Assembly (NCBI GenBank): GCA_902533695.1
Contig: CACAMV010000001.1
Span: forward strand, 2,979-66,978
DNA from: an uncultured SAR116 cluster alpha proteobacterium
GTDB lineage: Bacteria; Pseudomonadota; Alphaproteobacteria; Puniceispirillales; Marisalimonadaceae
DNA: 64,000 nucleotides
Reading direction: 5' to 3'
How positions within the stretch are numbered: the first letter of the stretch is position 1; each line of letters starts with the position of its first letter. The translations under genes and the position numbers were made by a program. Positions 1-10,755 of this stretch are shown here, piece after piece. A model generated the notes under the pieces. It was not told the DNA's origin and made no database searches. It saw only the letters and a program-made list of their open reading frames with translations.

Positions 1-573
1 TTGTAAAATTTTTGATTGATTGATAATTCTCGAAGCAGAAATTTTAGTAATATCAAATAAGCTTTTATCAACACCCCTATGTATCACTATTATTTTGGAT
101 TTAGTCTTTGGATATAAGGATATAATACTGTTTTTTATATAATTAGATATAGCAATAATATAATCACCTTTAAGCAAAACACCGTTATACAGTTTTTTAA
201 AAAATTGACCTTTTTCAAATCTTCCATGCACTGAAGTGATTAAAGGAATTTTTAATTTTAAAGATAATGGGCTAACGATCCATGCAGGAACTCTAGAAGT
301 AGCATGTATTAAATCTATTTGTTCTTCTTTAATAATAAATTCAATTTCTTTTCTAATATTTTTCCATTTTAATGGATTTTTTGAATTAACATTAAGAGTA
401 TAATGTTTTGCACCAAATTTTTCTATTTGATATTTCAGCCTTCCGCCTGATGAAATAACAATTGACCTAAAATGATTTTCAACAATAAATTTTGAGATTT
501 CAACCACTCCTCTTTCTACACCTCCAAGGTTAAGAGCTGGTACTATTTGGAGTATTGATTTATTTTTTTCCAT
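1..573 (-). CDS. glycosyltransferase family 4 (group 1), N-terminal part; 3' end lies outside the window
   Basis: Absent from the ORF track because it runs off the window. Hand translation from the ATG (rc of cat at 571-573) gives MEKNKSILQIVPALNLGGVERGVVEISKFIVENHF...LIHATSRVPAW...VHGRFEKG... and stays open to position 1. It shows the GT4-type N-terminal P-x-L-x-x-GG-x-E loop. Confidence 0.7.
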   Translation of the reverse strand, partial: MEKNKSILQIVPALNLGGVERGVVEISKFIVENHFRSIVISSGGRLKYQIEKFGAKHYTLNVNSKNPLKWKNIRKEIEFIIKEEQIDLIHATSRVPAWIVSPLSLKLKIPLITSVHGRFEKGQFFKKLYNGVLLKGDYIIAISNYIKNSIISLYPKTKSKIIVIHRGVDKSLFDITKISASRIINQSKILQ

Positions 574-592
574 TTTTAAACTATAATAACTT

Positions 593-1330
593 ATGACCAA
601 TTTTGTAAAAACAAATTATAATCAAACAATTGCATACAACAAAATAGAAGGAAAAAAAACAGGAATTGTGTTTTTTGGCGGATTTAAATCGGATATGTCA
701 GGTCAAAAGGCATTAGAAATTGAAAGTTGGGCAAAAAATAACCAACACCCATATTTGAGATTTGATTACTCTGGACATGGAGAATCCTCTGGAAAATTTG
801 AGGATTTAGTTTTCAGTGATTGGCTTAAAGATTCAATTTTTATGATGAATCATTTCACTTCTGGGCCTCAGATTTTAATTGGATCATCTATGGGTGGCTG
901 GATGATTTTAGCTATTTTAAAATTAAAAATTTTTGAAATTAATTCTATAATAGGCATTGCTTCAGCTCCAGATTTTCCAAACAAGTTGATTTGGAAAGGA
1001 TTATCCTTCACTCAGAAAAAAGAATTTGCTACAACAAAAAAACTTATGTTACCTAGTGATTACGATGAAGATTATTACATTTCATATAAACTGGTAAAAG
1101 ATAGTTACAAAAACTTAACAATGAATAAAAAAATAAAATTTGATGGAAATGTTTTATTATATCATGGAATGAAAGATGAATCAGTACCATATAAAGTAAG
1201 TTTAGAAATTGCAGAAATTTTTGACAACTGTAAAAATGTTAAGGTTATTTTAGAAAAAAATGGTGCTCATCGATTATCTGAAGACAATGAGATTAAAACC
1301 ATAATTAAATTAATAGAATTGTCTGTTTAA
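593..1330 (+). CDS. alpha/beta-fold hydrolase (serine esterase/thioesterase-like)
   Basis: 245 aa. Nucleophile elbow GSSMGG. Late acidic residue (HGMKDESVP) and His (NGAHRL) are consistent with a Ser-Asp-His triad. Confidence 0.75.
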   Translation: MTNFVKTNYNQTIAYNKIEGKKTGIVFFGGFKSDMSGQKALEIESWAKNNQHPYLRFDYSGHGESSGKFEDLVFSDWLKDSIFMMNHFTSGPQILIGSSMGGWMILAILKLKIFEINSIIGIASAPDFPNKLIWKGLSFTQKKEFATTKKLMLPSDYDEDYYISYKLVKDSYKNLTMNKKIKFDGNVLLYHGMKDESVPYKVSLEIAEIFDNCKNVKVILEKNGAHRLSEDNEIKTIIKLIELSV

Positions 1331-1332
1331 TT

Positions 1333-1998
1333 TTAATAATCAAACTTCAAATAACTCTTATTTGGAAGAATGCCTACAATACGATCATTCAAAATACTTT
1401 TAAATGAAGGTCGAGATTTGATTTTAAAATATAAATCTTTAACATTATTAAATTGTCGAAAATTTAATTCACCTAAATAATCTAGAACAGACAAACTTGA
1501 TGCAAAAAATATATCAGCATAACTTACTTTATCCCCAACCAAACAATCTTTTCCATTTATCAAAAAATTAAAGTAACTTAAATGAAATTTGAAATTGCTG
1601 TGGATTTTTCTAATAATTTTAGTATCAGGATTATTGTTGTCAGAAAATCTTTTATAAATTTTTTCATATAGAATTGGATTAATAACATCGTTTTTAAAAT
1701 CATTCTCAAACCAATTGACGATTCTTCTGATTTCATGGTTTAATTTTTTTTCATTAAATAAAGAAACATAATCATTACTCTCTTCCAAAAATTCAATTAT
1801 AACATTTGAACCTACTACACATTTATTGTCTTCCGTAACTAACGTAGGAAAATTACCAGCTGGATTTAGAATTAAATAATTTTCTTTAGGATCCCAAAAA
1901 TCTTCAATCAATAAACAATATTTAATTTTTTTTTCTTCAAGCACAATTCTTATAAATCTAGAAGAAGGACATAAAAAATAATGATGAAGTTTATACAT
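1333..1998 (-). CDS. glutathione S-transferase family protein
   Basis: 221 aa. Thioredoxin-like N-domain (LHHYFLCPSSRFIRIVLEEKKI, cis-Pro FPTLV, GSNVIIEFLEE) followed by a helical C-domain. Confidence 0.7.
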   Translation of the reverse strand: MYKLHHYFLCPSSRFIRIVLEEKKIKYCLLIEDFWDPKENYLILNPAGNFPTLVTEDNKCVVGSNVIIEFLEESNDYVSLFNEKKLNHEIRRIVNWFENDFKNDVINPILYEKIYKRFSDNNNPDTKIIRKIHSNFKFHLSYFNFLINGKDCLVGDKVSYADIFFASSLSVLDYLGELNFRQFNNVKDLYFKIKSRPSFKSILNDRIVGILPNKSYLKFDY

Positions 1999-2047
1999 AA
2001 TTTTTAAGAGTATTTTTAATCAATTTTCCAAGAACAAAAAATTCGCT

Positions 2048-3484
2048 CTACAATTTTTCTTTTCCAATCAAGAATTGATTTATTGAATTAGCACATTGTC
2101 TTCCTTCTCTTATGGCCCAAACAACTAAAGACTGTCCTCTTCTAGCATCTCCTGCAACAAAAATTTTTTTGGATGATGTTTTATATTCAGTCTCATTTGC
2201 CAATATATTCCCTCTTTGATCTAATTGTAACTTTAAATCATTAATTAAACCTTCATGAACAGGATGAAGGAAGCCCATTGCTAAAAAAATTAAATCAGCT
2301 TTTAACGAAAACTCTGATCCTTGAACTTCTTTCATTTCTTTTAAACCTAATTTATTGGTTATCCATTCTACTTCCACACAATTAATTTTTTTTACTTTAC
2401 CTTTGATCCCTTCAAAAGATTTTGTCAAAATAGACCATTTCCTACCACAACCTTCTTCATGAGAACTGGATACTCTTAATTTCATAGGCCAATTTGGCCA
2501 AGTTAAAGATTTATCTTCATGTTCTGGTGGTTGGGGTAGTAACTCTAGTTGGTTCACTGATTTAGCTCCTTGTCTATTTGAAGTTCCAACACAATCAGAA
2601 CCTGTATCACCTCCACCAATTACAAGTACATCCTTGTCTTTTGCTAATATTTCAAGATTTCCAAAAATTTTTTTACCAGCAATTCTATCATTTTGTTGAG
2701 ATAAAAAGTCCATAGCAAAATGAATTCCTGAAAGTTCTCTTCCAGGAACATCAAGGTTTCTAGGAACTTCAGAGCCAGTGCAAATTGCAATCGCATCAAA
2801 CTCATTAATAATTTTTTTAAAAACAATATTTTTTCCAACTTCGCTATTAGATCTGAACTCAACACCTTCAGATTGCATTTGAGCCATTCGCCTATCAATT
2901 AGTTGTTTCTCCATTTTAAAATCAGGAATCCCTATTCTTAGCAAACCTCCAATCCTATCATTTTTTTCAAATACTATTACTTCATGTCCTGCTCTTGCTA
3001 ATTGCTGAGCGCAAGCCAAACCTGCTGGACCTGAACCTATTATGGCAACTTTTTTATCTGAATGGCTTATTGGGAGTTGAGGTTTTATCCAACCTTTTCT
3101 CCATCCATAATCTACTATCGAACATTCAATTGTTTTAATTGATACAGGCTTATCAGTTAAATTTAAAGTACAAGAAGATTCACAAGGTGCTGGACAAATT
3201 CGTCCAGTGAACTCTGGAAAGTTATTAGTTGAGTGCAACTCCTCCAAGGCCTTTTTCCACTCATTTTTATAAACCAATTCATTCCAGTCTGGTATTAAAT
3301 TATTGACTGGACATCCTTGATGACAATAAGGTATTCCACAATCCATACACCTTGCACCTTGTCTTGAAACTTTTTTGTTTTCAAGAGGAACTAAAAATTC
3401 CTTGAAATGTTTTATTCTTTTCTTGGGCTCTTCATAAGTTCTATCTAATTTTTCAATTTCTAAAAAACCATTAGGATTTCCCAT
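2048..3484 (-). CDS. gltD: glutamate synthase (NADPH) small subunit
   Basis: 478 aa. N-terminal Fe-S cysteine clusters (CMDCGIPYCH...CPV) and dinucleotide fold GSGPAGLACAQQLARAGH. Lies 2 nt downstream of gltB. Confidence 0.95.
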   Translation of the reverse strand: MGNPNGFLEIEKLDRTYEEPKKRIKHFKEFLVPLENKKVSRQGARCMDCGIPYCHQGCPVNNLIPDWNELVYKNEWKKALEELHSTNNFPEFTGRICPAPCESSCTLNLTDKPVSIKTIECSIVDYGWRKGWIKPQLPISHSDKKVAIIGSGPAGLACAQQLARAGHEVIVFEKNDRIGGLLRIGIPDFKMEKQLIDRRMAQMQSEGVEFRSNSEVGKNIVFKKIINEFDAIAICTGSEVPRNLDVPGRELSGIHFAMDFLSQQNDRIAGKKIFGNLEILAKDKDVLVIGGGDTGSDCVGTSNRQGAKSVNQLELLPQPPEHEDKSLTWPNWPMKLRVSSSHEEGCGRKWSILTKSFEGIKGKVKKINCVEVEWITNKLGLKEMKEVQGSEFSLKADLIFLAMGFLHPVHEGLINDLKLQLDQRGNILANETEYKTSSKKIFVAGDARRGQSLVVWAIREGRQCANSINQFLIGKEKL

Positions 3485-3486
3485 AA

Positions 3487-6400
3487 TTATTCTCCAGCAA
3501 CTTTAATGACTTCATTTTCCTTAACATTTCTTGTGCTCTGTAGTGCTTTTCTAAATTCAATCGGAGTTATTTTTACAAATTTAGAAATCATTTTTTCCCA
3601 ATTATTAATGATAAACTTACCTTTTTTACTATGAGTCAATTTAACATGTTTTTTTATAATTTGTTTTAAACGCAACTCATCAAAGCTAAGCAAGTCTCTA
3701 GAGATCTCGTATGACTTGACGTTTCTTTTAATTTTAATATTTGACAAACTTTTTAACTCAACCATGGACATATTACAACTTTCTCTAAAATTATCTTCAT
3801 CATCAAAAACATATGCTATTCCTCCAGACATCCCAGCAGCAAAATTTCTTCCTGTTTTCCCAAGTATAATAACAATTCCACCAGTCATATATTCACATCC
3901 ATGATCTCCACATCCCTCCACAACAGCTGTCGCGCCTGAATTCCTAACAGCAAATCTTTCACCAACCACTCCATTTAAGTAACATTCTCCTGAAATTGCT
4001 CCATATAAGAGAGTATTGCCTGCTATAATGTTTTCTTCAGCGAGCAAAATGCTATTTTTCTTTGGGTTAATTGCTATTATTCCTCCAGACAATCCTTTGC
4101 CAACATAGTCATTTGCATCTCCTTCTAGTTTTATTGTGATTCCATGCGCTAACCAAGCACCAAAACTTTGTCCTGCACTTCCTTCAAAATTTATATTGAT
4201 AGAGTTCTCTGTTAAACCACTGTGTCCAAATTTTTTACAAACCTCTCCTGATAACATTGCACCCACTGCTCTATTAACGTTAAAAATTTTATATTGTAAA
4301 AAAACTTTTTCATTTTTCTCAAATGCACTCAAACAATCTAAGATTAATTTTTTATCAAGAACATTTTCTAACCCATGATTCTGAAACTCACAGTTAAATA
4401 TTTTTACTCCTTTTTTGGGGACAACGTTATAAATCAATTTGTTCAAATCTAAATTATGAGCTTTCCAGTGATCATTAGCTTTTTTAAAATTTAAAAATTG
4501 TCTCTGTCCTATAAGTTCATTAAATTTTCTAAAACCTAACTCAGCCATTAATTCTCTAACCTCTTCAGCTATGTAATGAAAAAAATTTACAACATGTTCA
4601 GGTTTCCCAGTAAAATGTTTCCTTAATTCTGGATCTTGAGTTGCAACACCCACTGGACATGTATTTAAATGACACTTTCTCATCATAATACAACCTTCAG
4701 AAATCAGGGCAGCTGTCGCAAAGCCAAATTCATCAGCTCCAAGCAAACCTCCAATTAAAACGTCTCTTCCTGTCCTTAAACCTCCATCAACTTGAACTGA
4801 TATTCTTCCTCTCAAACCATTCATAACTAAAGTTTGATGAGTTTCAGCTAAACCTATTTCCCAAGGCCCACCTGCATTTAAAACAGAAGTTAATGGACTT
4901 GCACCAGTTCCTCCATCATGGCCTGAAATTGTAACATGGTCAGCGTGAGCTTTGCTCACTCCGGCAGCCACAGTTCCAACTCCTACCTCGGATACTAACT
5001 TAACTGAGATTCTAGCTTCAGGGTTGACATTTTTTAAATCAAAAATCAATTGAGCTAAATCTTCAATTGAATAAATATCATGATGAGGAGGAGGAGAGAT
5101 TAATCCTACACCTGGGGTAGAATGTCTAACTTTCGCTATAAATTGATCAACCTTATGCCCAGGTAATTGACCACCTTCACCAGGTTTAGCTCCCTGCGCC
5201 ATTTTAATTTGTATATCTGTCGCATTAGTTAAATATTCATTTGTAACGCCAAATCTTCCCGATGCCACCTGTTTAATTCTAGATTTCATTGAATCTCCAT
5301 TTGGAAGCGTCCTAAACCTCTTTGACTCTTCCCCTCCTTCACCAGTATTAGATCTTCCGCCAATTCTATTCATTGCTATTGCTAAAGTTGAATGAGCTTC
5401 AGTAGAAATTGAACCAAGCGACATAGCTCCTGTAGCAAATCTTTTAATTATTTCTGAAGCAGGTTCAACTTCATTTATTGAAATCGATTTATTCTTCTTA
5501 TCTAATTTGAACAACCCTCTAATACTTTTAAGCTTTATTGATTGATCATTAATTTTTTTTGAATAACTTTTGAACATTGTGTAATTAGAACTTCGGACTG
5601 CATGTTGCAAGGTACCAATTGTATCGGGCGTCCATACGTGATTTTCACCTTTTATTCTAAAGCTTAAGTCTCCACCAATATCTAAATCGTAGTTAGAATT
5701 AAATTTGTCTGTAAAGGCTTTAAAATGTCTGTTTTCTGTTTCAGTTTGAATTTCATCTAAATCAATACCCTCAACTTTAGATGCAGTTCCAAAAAAATAC
5801 TTATCAACCAATTTTTGCGAAAGTCCGACAGCATCAAAAATTTGAGCTCCACAATAAGATTGAAAAGTAGAAATTCCCATCTTGGACATTACTTTTAACA
5901 TCCCCTTATTAAGGGCTTTAATATATTTTTTTTGAGCTTCATCTTCAAGAATTTCTAATTTACTTTTGTGTATAATGTTTGAAATTGTATAAAAACCCAA
6001 ATACGGATTAATTGCCTCTGCCCCATATCCGGATAAAAGACAAATATCATGAACTCTTCGTGCTTCCCCAGTTTCAACAACAATTCCTACTTCAGTCCTA
6101 AGCCCTTTTTTGATTAGGTGATGATGGACAGCTCCTGTAGCTAAAAGAGCAGGAAGAGCTACATGATCCTCATCCACACCTCTATCAGATAGTATTATGA
6201 TGTTAAAACCTAGGCTGGTAACAACCTCTTCAGCTTTTTCACATATTTTTTTTATAAAACTCTTTAAGTTTGTTGAGTTATTTTTTTCTTTTCTGTAACA
6301 GATATTTAAAGTGTATGTTTTAAAAGATCCATCAACATGATTTTCAATTCTTCTAATTCTTTCAAGATCTTTGTTAGTTAAAATTGGCTGATCTACCTCT

Positions 6401-8133
6401 AATCTTTTTTGTTTTCCTCCAGAAGTTAGATCCAATAAATTAGGCCTAGGACCAATAAAACTCACAAGTGACATTACTAGCTCTTCTCTAATCGGATCAA
6501 TTGGAGGATTTGTCACTTGAGCAAAATTCTGGAAAAAATAATCATATAAAAGTCTACTTTTATCAGACAAAGCTGCCAATGGGATATCTCTTCCCATGGA
6601 ACCGATAGGATCTTCACCCTTTTGAATCATAGGTTCCAAAAAGAATTTTATATCCTCTTTTGTATATCCATATGATTGTTGAAGACTTAACAAAGCATTT
6701 TCATCTGGGGTCATTGGACCTATTTCTTCAGGTAAGGATGATAAATTAATTTGATTTAAATTTAACCATTCCTGATAAGGGTGAGATTTTTTAAGACTGT
6801 TCTTTAATTCCTCATCAGAAATAATTCTCTTTTCATTTAAATCAACTAACAACATTTTACCCGGTTGTAATCTCCATTTTTTTAATATTTTTTCTTCAGG
6901 TATTTCAGGCAAAACACCTACTTCCGATGCCATAATAATTAAGTTATCATCAGTGACAATATAACGTGCAGGCCTCAAACCATTTCTATCTAATGTTGCA
7001 GCAATTTGTTTTCCATCTGTAAATGCCATCGCAGCAGGCCCATCCCATGGTTCCATAAGAGCCGAATAATATTCATAAAAAGCTCTTCTTTCTGGGTCCA
7101 TTAATTCATTGTCTTTCCAAGCTTCTGGTATCATCATCATCATCGCATGAGGCAGAGAGTAACCTCCCATAACCAACAACTCTAAAGCATTGTCAAAAGT
7201 GGATGAGTCAGATGGAGACTCTTCAATAATAGGCCATAATTTTTCTAAATCATCCCCTAACGAATGAGACTTCATACTATGTCTTCTGGAATTCATCCAA
7301 TTAATATTTCCTCTTAGTGTGTTAATCTCTCCATTATGACATAAATATCTAAAGGGTTGAGCTAATCTCCATGATGGAAAAGTATTTGTTGAAAACCTCT
7401 GGTGAAACAAAGCAATTGCTGTCTTAAATTTTTTTTCCTGAAAATCAATATAAAATTTTGATAAATTAGGTGCTAAAACCATACCTTTAAAAATTATGGT
7501 TCTAGTTGACAGTGATACTATGTAGAAATCTTCCCATTCTAATAATTTACTTTTATGAAGTTGATGATGAGCTTGTTTCCTGATAACATATAATTTTCTT
7601 TGAAATGAATCTTCGTCTTCACAACTTTTACTCTTTTGAACAAAAAATTGCTTAATTATTGGTCTATTACTTTTAACAGTTTCACCAAGTACCGAACTAT
7701 CTACTGGTACATTTCTCCATCCAATTAGAATCTGCTTTTCATTAAAAATGGATTCCTCAATTGCTTTTTGTGCTATCCCACATCTTGTTTTATCGTTAGG
7801 AAAAAAAACCATACCAACGGCATATTCTCCTGGCTTTGGAAGCTCTAATTTTTGTTTAGCAAAATAATCTCTGAAAAATTCGTCAGGTATTTGAATTAAT
7901 ATTCCAGCACCATCCCCTGCCAATGGATCAGCTCCTATAGCGCCTCTGTGATCAAGTTTGTGAACTATATCAAGAGCTTGATGAACAATTTCGTGTTTTG
8001 GCTGATTATCAATATTGGCTATAAATCCAAAGCCACAAGAATCATGTTCTCTTTCAGGGTCATAAAGTCCTTTTTTATCAGGAAAACCCATCATTTTATA
8101 AATATTTTTATTTGTGTTCACAAAACTTGCCAT
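3487..8133 (-). CDS. gltB: glutamate synthase large subunit
   Basis: 1548 aa. Ntn-amidotransferase Cys (EHDSCGFGF), FMN/3Fe-4S core (PPPHHDIYSIEDL, CHLNTCPVGVATQ) and C-terminal GXGXG beta-helix domain. Confidence 0.97.
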   Translation of the reverse strand: MASFVNTNKNIYKMMGFPDKKGLYDPEREHDSCGFGFIANIDNQPKHEIVHQALDIVHKLDHRGAIGADPLAGDGAGILIQIPDEFFRDYFAKQKLELPKPGEYAVGMVFFPNDKTRCGIAQKAIEESIFNEKQILIGWRNVPVDSSVLGETVKSNRPIIKQFFVQKSKSCEDEDSFQRKLYVIRKQAHHQLHKSKLLEWEDFYIVSLSTRTIIFKGMVLAPNLSKFYIDFQEKKFKTAIALFHQRFSTNTFPSWRLAQPFRYLCHNGEINTLRGNINWMNSRRHSMKSHSLGDDLEKLWPIIEESPSDSSTFDNALELLVMGGYSLPHAMMMMIPEAWKDNELMDPERRAFYEYYSALMEPWDGPAAMAFTDGKQIAATLDRNGLRPARYIVTDDNLIIMASEVGVLPEIPEEKILKKWRLQPGKMLLVDLNEKRIISDEELKNSLKKSHPYQEWLNLNQINLSSLPEEIGPMTPDENALLSLQQSYGYTKEDIKFFLEPMIQKGEDPIGSMGRDIPLAALSDKSRLLYDYFFQNFAQVTNPPIDPIREELVMSLVSFIGPRPNLLDLTSGGKQKRLEVDQPILTNKDLERIRRIENHVDGSFKTYTLNICYRKEKNNSTNLKSFIKKICEKAEEVVTSLGFNIIILSDRGVDEDHVALPALLATGAVHHHLIKKGLRTEVGIVVETGEARRVHDICLLSGYGAEAINPYLGFYTISNIIHKSKLEILEDEAQKKYIKALNKGMLKVMSKMGISTFQSYCGAQIFDAVGLSQKLVDKYFFGTASKVEGIDLDEIQTETENRHFKAFTDKFNSNYDLDIGGDLSFRIKGENHVWTPDTIGTLQHAVRSSNYTMFKSYSKKINDQSIKLKSIRGLFKLDKKNKSISINEVEPASEIIKRFATGAMSLGSISTEAHSTLAIAMNRIGGRSNTGEGGEESKRFRTLPNGDSMKSRIKQVASGRFGVTNEYLTNATDIQIKMAQGAKPGEGGQLPGHKVDQFIAKVRHSTPGVGLISPPPHHDIYSIEDLAQLIFDLKNVNPEARISVKLVSEVGVGTVAAGVSKAHADHVTISGHDGGTGASPLTSVLNAGGPWEIGLAETHQTLVMNGLRGRISVQVDGGLRTGRDVLIGGLLGADEFGFATAALISEGCIMMRKCHLNTCPVGVATQDPELRKHFTGKPEHVVNFFHYIAEEVRELMAELGFRKFNELIGQRQFLNFKKANDHWKAHNLDLNKLIYNVVPKKGVKIFNCEFQNHGLENVLDKKLILDCLSAFEKNEKVFLQYKIFNVNRAVGAMLSGEVCKKFGHSGLTENSININFEGSAGQSFGAWLAHGITIKLEGDANDYVGKGLSGGIIAINPKKNSILLAEENIIAGNTLLYGAISGECYLNGVVGERFAVRNSGATAVVEGCGDHGCEYMTGGIVIILGKTGRNFAAGMSGGIAYVFDDEDNFRESCNMSMVELKSLSNIKIKRNVKSYEISRDLLSFDELRLKQIIKKHVKLTHSKKGKFIINNWEKMISKFVKITPIEFRKALQSTRNVKENEVIKVAGE

Positions 8134-8316
8134 AAATTACAATTGTTAGAAATTAAAATTTTAAAACTAGAATCTTTATGCTTGATAATAATACTAAAAA
8201 ATAAAAAAGTAATTTCCATTATGCTTGTTTTTATGGCTTGAACTTCATGAAAATGCAATGAATAAAATTAATTTTTTTCTAATTTTGTCTAGAGATGATA
8301 TATAATAAAATAAGAG

Positions 8317-9102
8317 ATGTTTTTGGAAATAATAATAATTTTATCTTTGATACAAGGTATTACAGAGTTTTTACCAATTTCTTCTAGTGGGCATCTCATT
8401 TTAATTCCATTTTTTTTAGATGTACAATATCAAGGTAAAACATTTGATGTAATTTTACATTTAGGTACACTTCTAGCTGTAATAATTTATTTAAGAAAAG
8501 ATATTTCTTTTATTTTCAAAGACTTAATTTCAAAAAATAGAGCCGAGAAATGTGGTTACAAAATTTTTAAAAATTTATTTTTCGCTACCGTTCCAGTAGT
8601 GTTTATAGGATTTTTTGTTAGCATTTATGAAATAAAATTTATAAATCTTGTGCAATTTGTTGGTTGGACTACATTAACATTTGGTATACTTTTAGGTTTA
8701 TCAGACAAAACAAAAATCAAAAAAATGTCGTTTCCTAATTTTCAAGATTCAATGATTATTGGAATAATTCAATCAATTGCTCTTATTCCAGGTGTAAGCA
8801 GATCAGGAATTGTTATTACCATGGGAAGATTTTTAGGGTATAGCAGACATTATTCATCTAAGTTTGCTCTTTTTTTATCCATTCCTGTTATAATTGCAGC
8901 TAGTACTTTAAAACTAACTCAAATTAATTTTCAAAATGAAATCATTTATTCATCTGATCTATTAATTGGATTTTTTTTAAGTTTTGTTTTTGCATTTGTA
9001 AGTATAAAAATCTTTATGAAGTATATTGAAAATGCTTCATTAAAAATTTTTGTTGTCTATAGAATTATTTTAGGATTTATAATTATATATTTTAGCTATT
9101 GA
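8317..9102 (+). CDS. uppP: undecaprenyl-diphosphate phosphatase (BacA/UppP)
   Basis: 261-aa polytopic membrane protein with signature motifs ITEFLPISSSGHL and PGVSRSG. Confidence 0.93.
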   Translation: MFLEIIIILSLIQGITEFLPISSSGHLILIPFFLDVQYQGKTFDVILHLGTLLAVIIYLRKDISFIFKDLISKNRAEKCGYKIFKNLFFATVPVVFIGFFVSIYEIKFINLVQFVGWTTLTFGILLGLSDKTKIKKMSFPNFQDSMIIGIIQSIALIPGVSRSGIVITMGRFLGYSRHYSSKFALFLSIPVIIAASTLKLTQINFQNEIIYSSDLLIGFFLSFVFAFVSIKIFMKYIENASLKIFVVYRIILGFIIIYFSY

Positions 9103-9108
9103 AAATAA

Positions 9109-10038
9109 TTAAACTTTATAAAGTTTTAAAATGTCAGGTAACACGTCTTCAAGATCACTTGTTACAATTTTTAAATCTTTAAAACTTGGCATTTCAAGAT
9201 TTACTAAATTATCTTTCATTAACAATTTCATTTGATCAGATGTAAAAGGTGGATTTGGTAAAAATTTAAAAAAATAACCAGGTAAAATCATTAATTTTGG
9301 ATTTAATTTGAGGATAAATCTTCTTCTATTTAAAATTTTTAACATCAAATTCATTAGACTTTCAAATGTATATAATTTATCCCCCCCTAATTCATAAATT
9401 GTTTTTGTTGTAGTGTTTGATTCTAACAACTTTACAACCGCTCTTGCTACATCAGTAACAAACACTGGTTGAAATTTTACATTTGGGCCAATAACTGGTA
9501 AAAAAGGAGAAAATTTTGAAATTTTTTCGAACTTTCCAAAAAAATTATCACCTTCACCATAAATTATTGAAGGTCTCAATATGTTAGCATTTTTATATAT
9601 TTTTAAAACTCTACTTTCTCCATAAGCCTTTGATCTAGCATATAAACTACTAGAGTTTTTAGATACACCTAAAGCAGAAAAATGTATTAGCTTTGGGATA
9701 TGATAATTTTTACAAATATTACTGATTAAAGATGGTAAATAGGCGTGTATTTTTTCAAAATCATTTGCTTCTCTCTCAAAAAGTATCCCACACAAATTAA
9801 TTACAGCAAATTTGTCAATTATATATTTTTCTAAAATACCTTGTTCAAAAATATTTGCAGAAATAATTTCTAATTGTCCTGGCTGACCAAAGAGTTTTGA
9901 AAACTTTAATTTATTATAAAATCTTGATATGACTACTACTCTGACACCAAGATCAAGTAAATTTTTAACGATTGATTTGCCAACAAATCCTGCCCCACCT
10001 AGTATTAAAACTTTTTTATTTCTTAAAAAACTATTCAT
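9109..10038 (-). CDS. NAD(P)-binding SDR/epimerase family protein, complex I NDUFA9-like
   Basis: 309 aa. Rossmann motif LGGAGFVGKSIV and YxxxK (YARSK). Size and layout match the alphaproteobacterial NDUFA9-like family. Confidence 0.75.
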   Translation of the reverse strand: MNSFLRNKKVLILGGAGFVGKSIVKNLLDLGVRVVVISRFYNKLKFSKLFGQPGQLEIISANIFEQGILEKYIIDKFAVINLCGILFEREANDFEKIHAYLPSLISNICKNYHIPKLIHFSALGVSKNSSSLYARSKAYGESRVLKIYKNANILRPSIIYGEGDNFFGKFEKISKFSPFLPVIGPNVKFQPVFVTDVARAVVKLLESNTTTKTIYELGGDKLYTFESLMNLMLKILNRRRFILKLNPKLMILPGYFFKFLPNPPFTSDQMKLLMKDNLVNLEMPSFKDLKIVTSDLEDVLPDILKLYKV

Positions 10039-10122
10039 CTGAATTTTCTTACCACAATATTTATCTTAGAAGTTCAAAAAATTAACTTAATTTATTTTCA
10101 AATATATGTAACAAATAAATTA

Positions 10123-10737
10123 ATGGAATATAAATTATACAAAAATGATTTACCCGCAACATTAAAATTCAGTAAAATTGTTGCAATTGACACTGAAACA
10201 ATGGGATTAAAACCACATAGAGATAGGCTGTGCCTTGTTCAAATTAGTAATGGAGATAATATTGCCCATTTGGTTCAATTAGATGGGCTTAAAAAAACTA
10301 ATTTTAAAAATTTGAAAAAATTATTAAAAAATCCATTTATAACTAAAATTTTTCATTATGCACGTTTTGATTTAACTGTATTAGAAAAAAATATTTGTAC
10401 AGTTGAAGGACCTTTATATTGTACAAAGATTGCATCAAAATTGTGCAGAACTTTTGGTGCAAAGCATGGACTTAAAGATTTATGTTTTGACCTATTAAAT
10501 ATAGAATTAGACAAGCAAAACCAAACATCAGATTGGGGAGCAGAAAATCTTAGCGTTCAACAATTAAAATATGCTGCAAGCGATGTTTTGTATCTTCACA
10601 AATTAAAGATCAAATTGGATAAATTATTAAAAAGGGAAATTAAAGAAGAACTAGCTAAAAATTGTTTTAAATTTTTGAAAACAAGATCTCAACTAGATCT
10701 AGCGGGTTTTGAAGATCTTGATATTTTTTCTCATTAA
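10123..10737 (+). CDS. small DEDDy 3'-5' exonuclease (RNase D-like)
   Basis: 204 aa. ExoI IAIDTETMGL, ExoII HYARFDL, ExoIII YAASDVLYL. Confidence 0.8.
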   Translation: MEYKLYKNDLPATLKFSKIVAIDTETMGLKPHRDRLCLVQISNGDNIAHLVQLDGLKKTNFKNLKKLLKNPFITKIFHYARFDLTVLEKNICTVEGPLYCTKIASKLCRTFGAKHGLKDLCFDLLNIELDKQNQTSDWGAENLSVQQLKYAASDVLYLHKLKIKLDKLLKREIKEELAKNCFKFLKTRSQLDLAGFEDLDIFSH

Positions 10738-10755
10738 TTTTTTTGAGACAATTTT

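Noticed and set aside
2644-2898. 84-aa same-strand ORF inside gltD
   Set aside because: It is an alternative frame within a conserved gene, with no independent support.
3716-8241. Plus-strand ORFs inside gltB (3716-3904, 4136-4378, 7948-8241)
   Set aside because: These are antisense shadow ORFs within a strongly conserved gene. Their translations are low-complexity and have no motifs.
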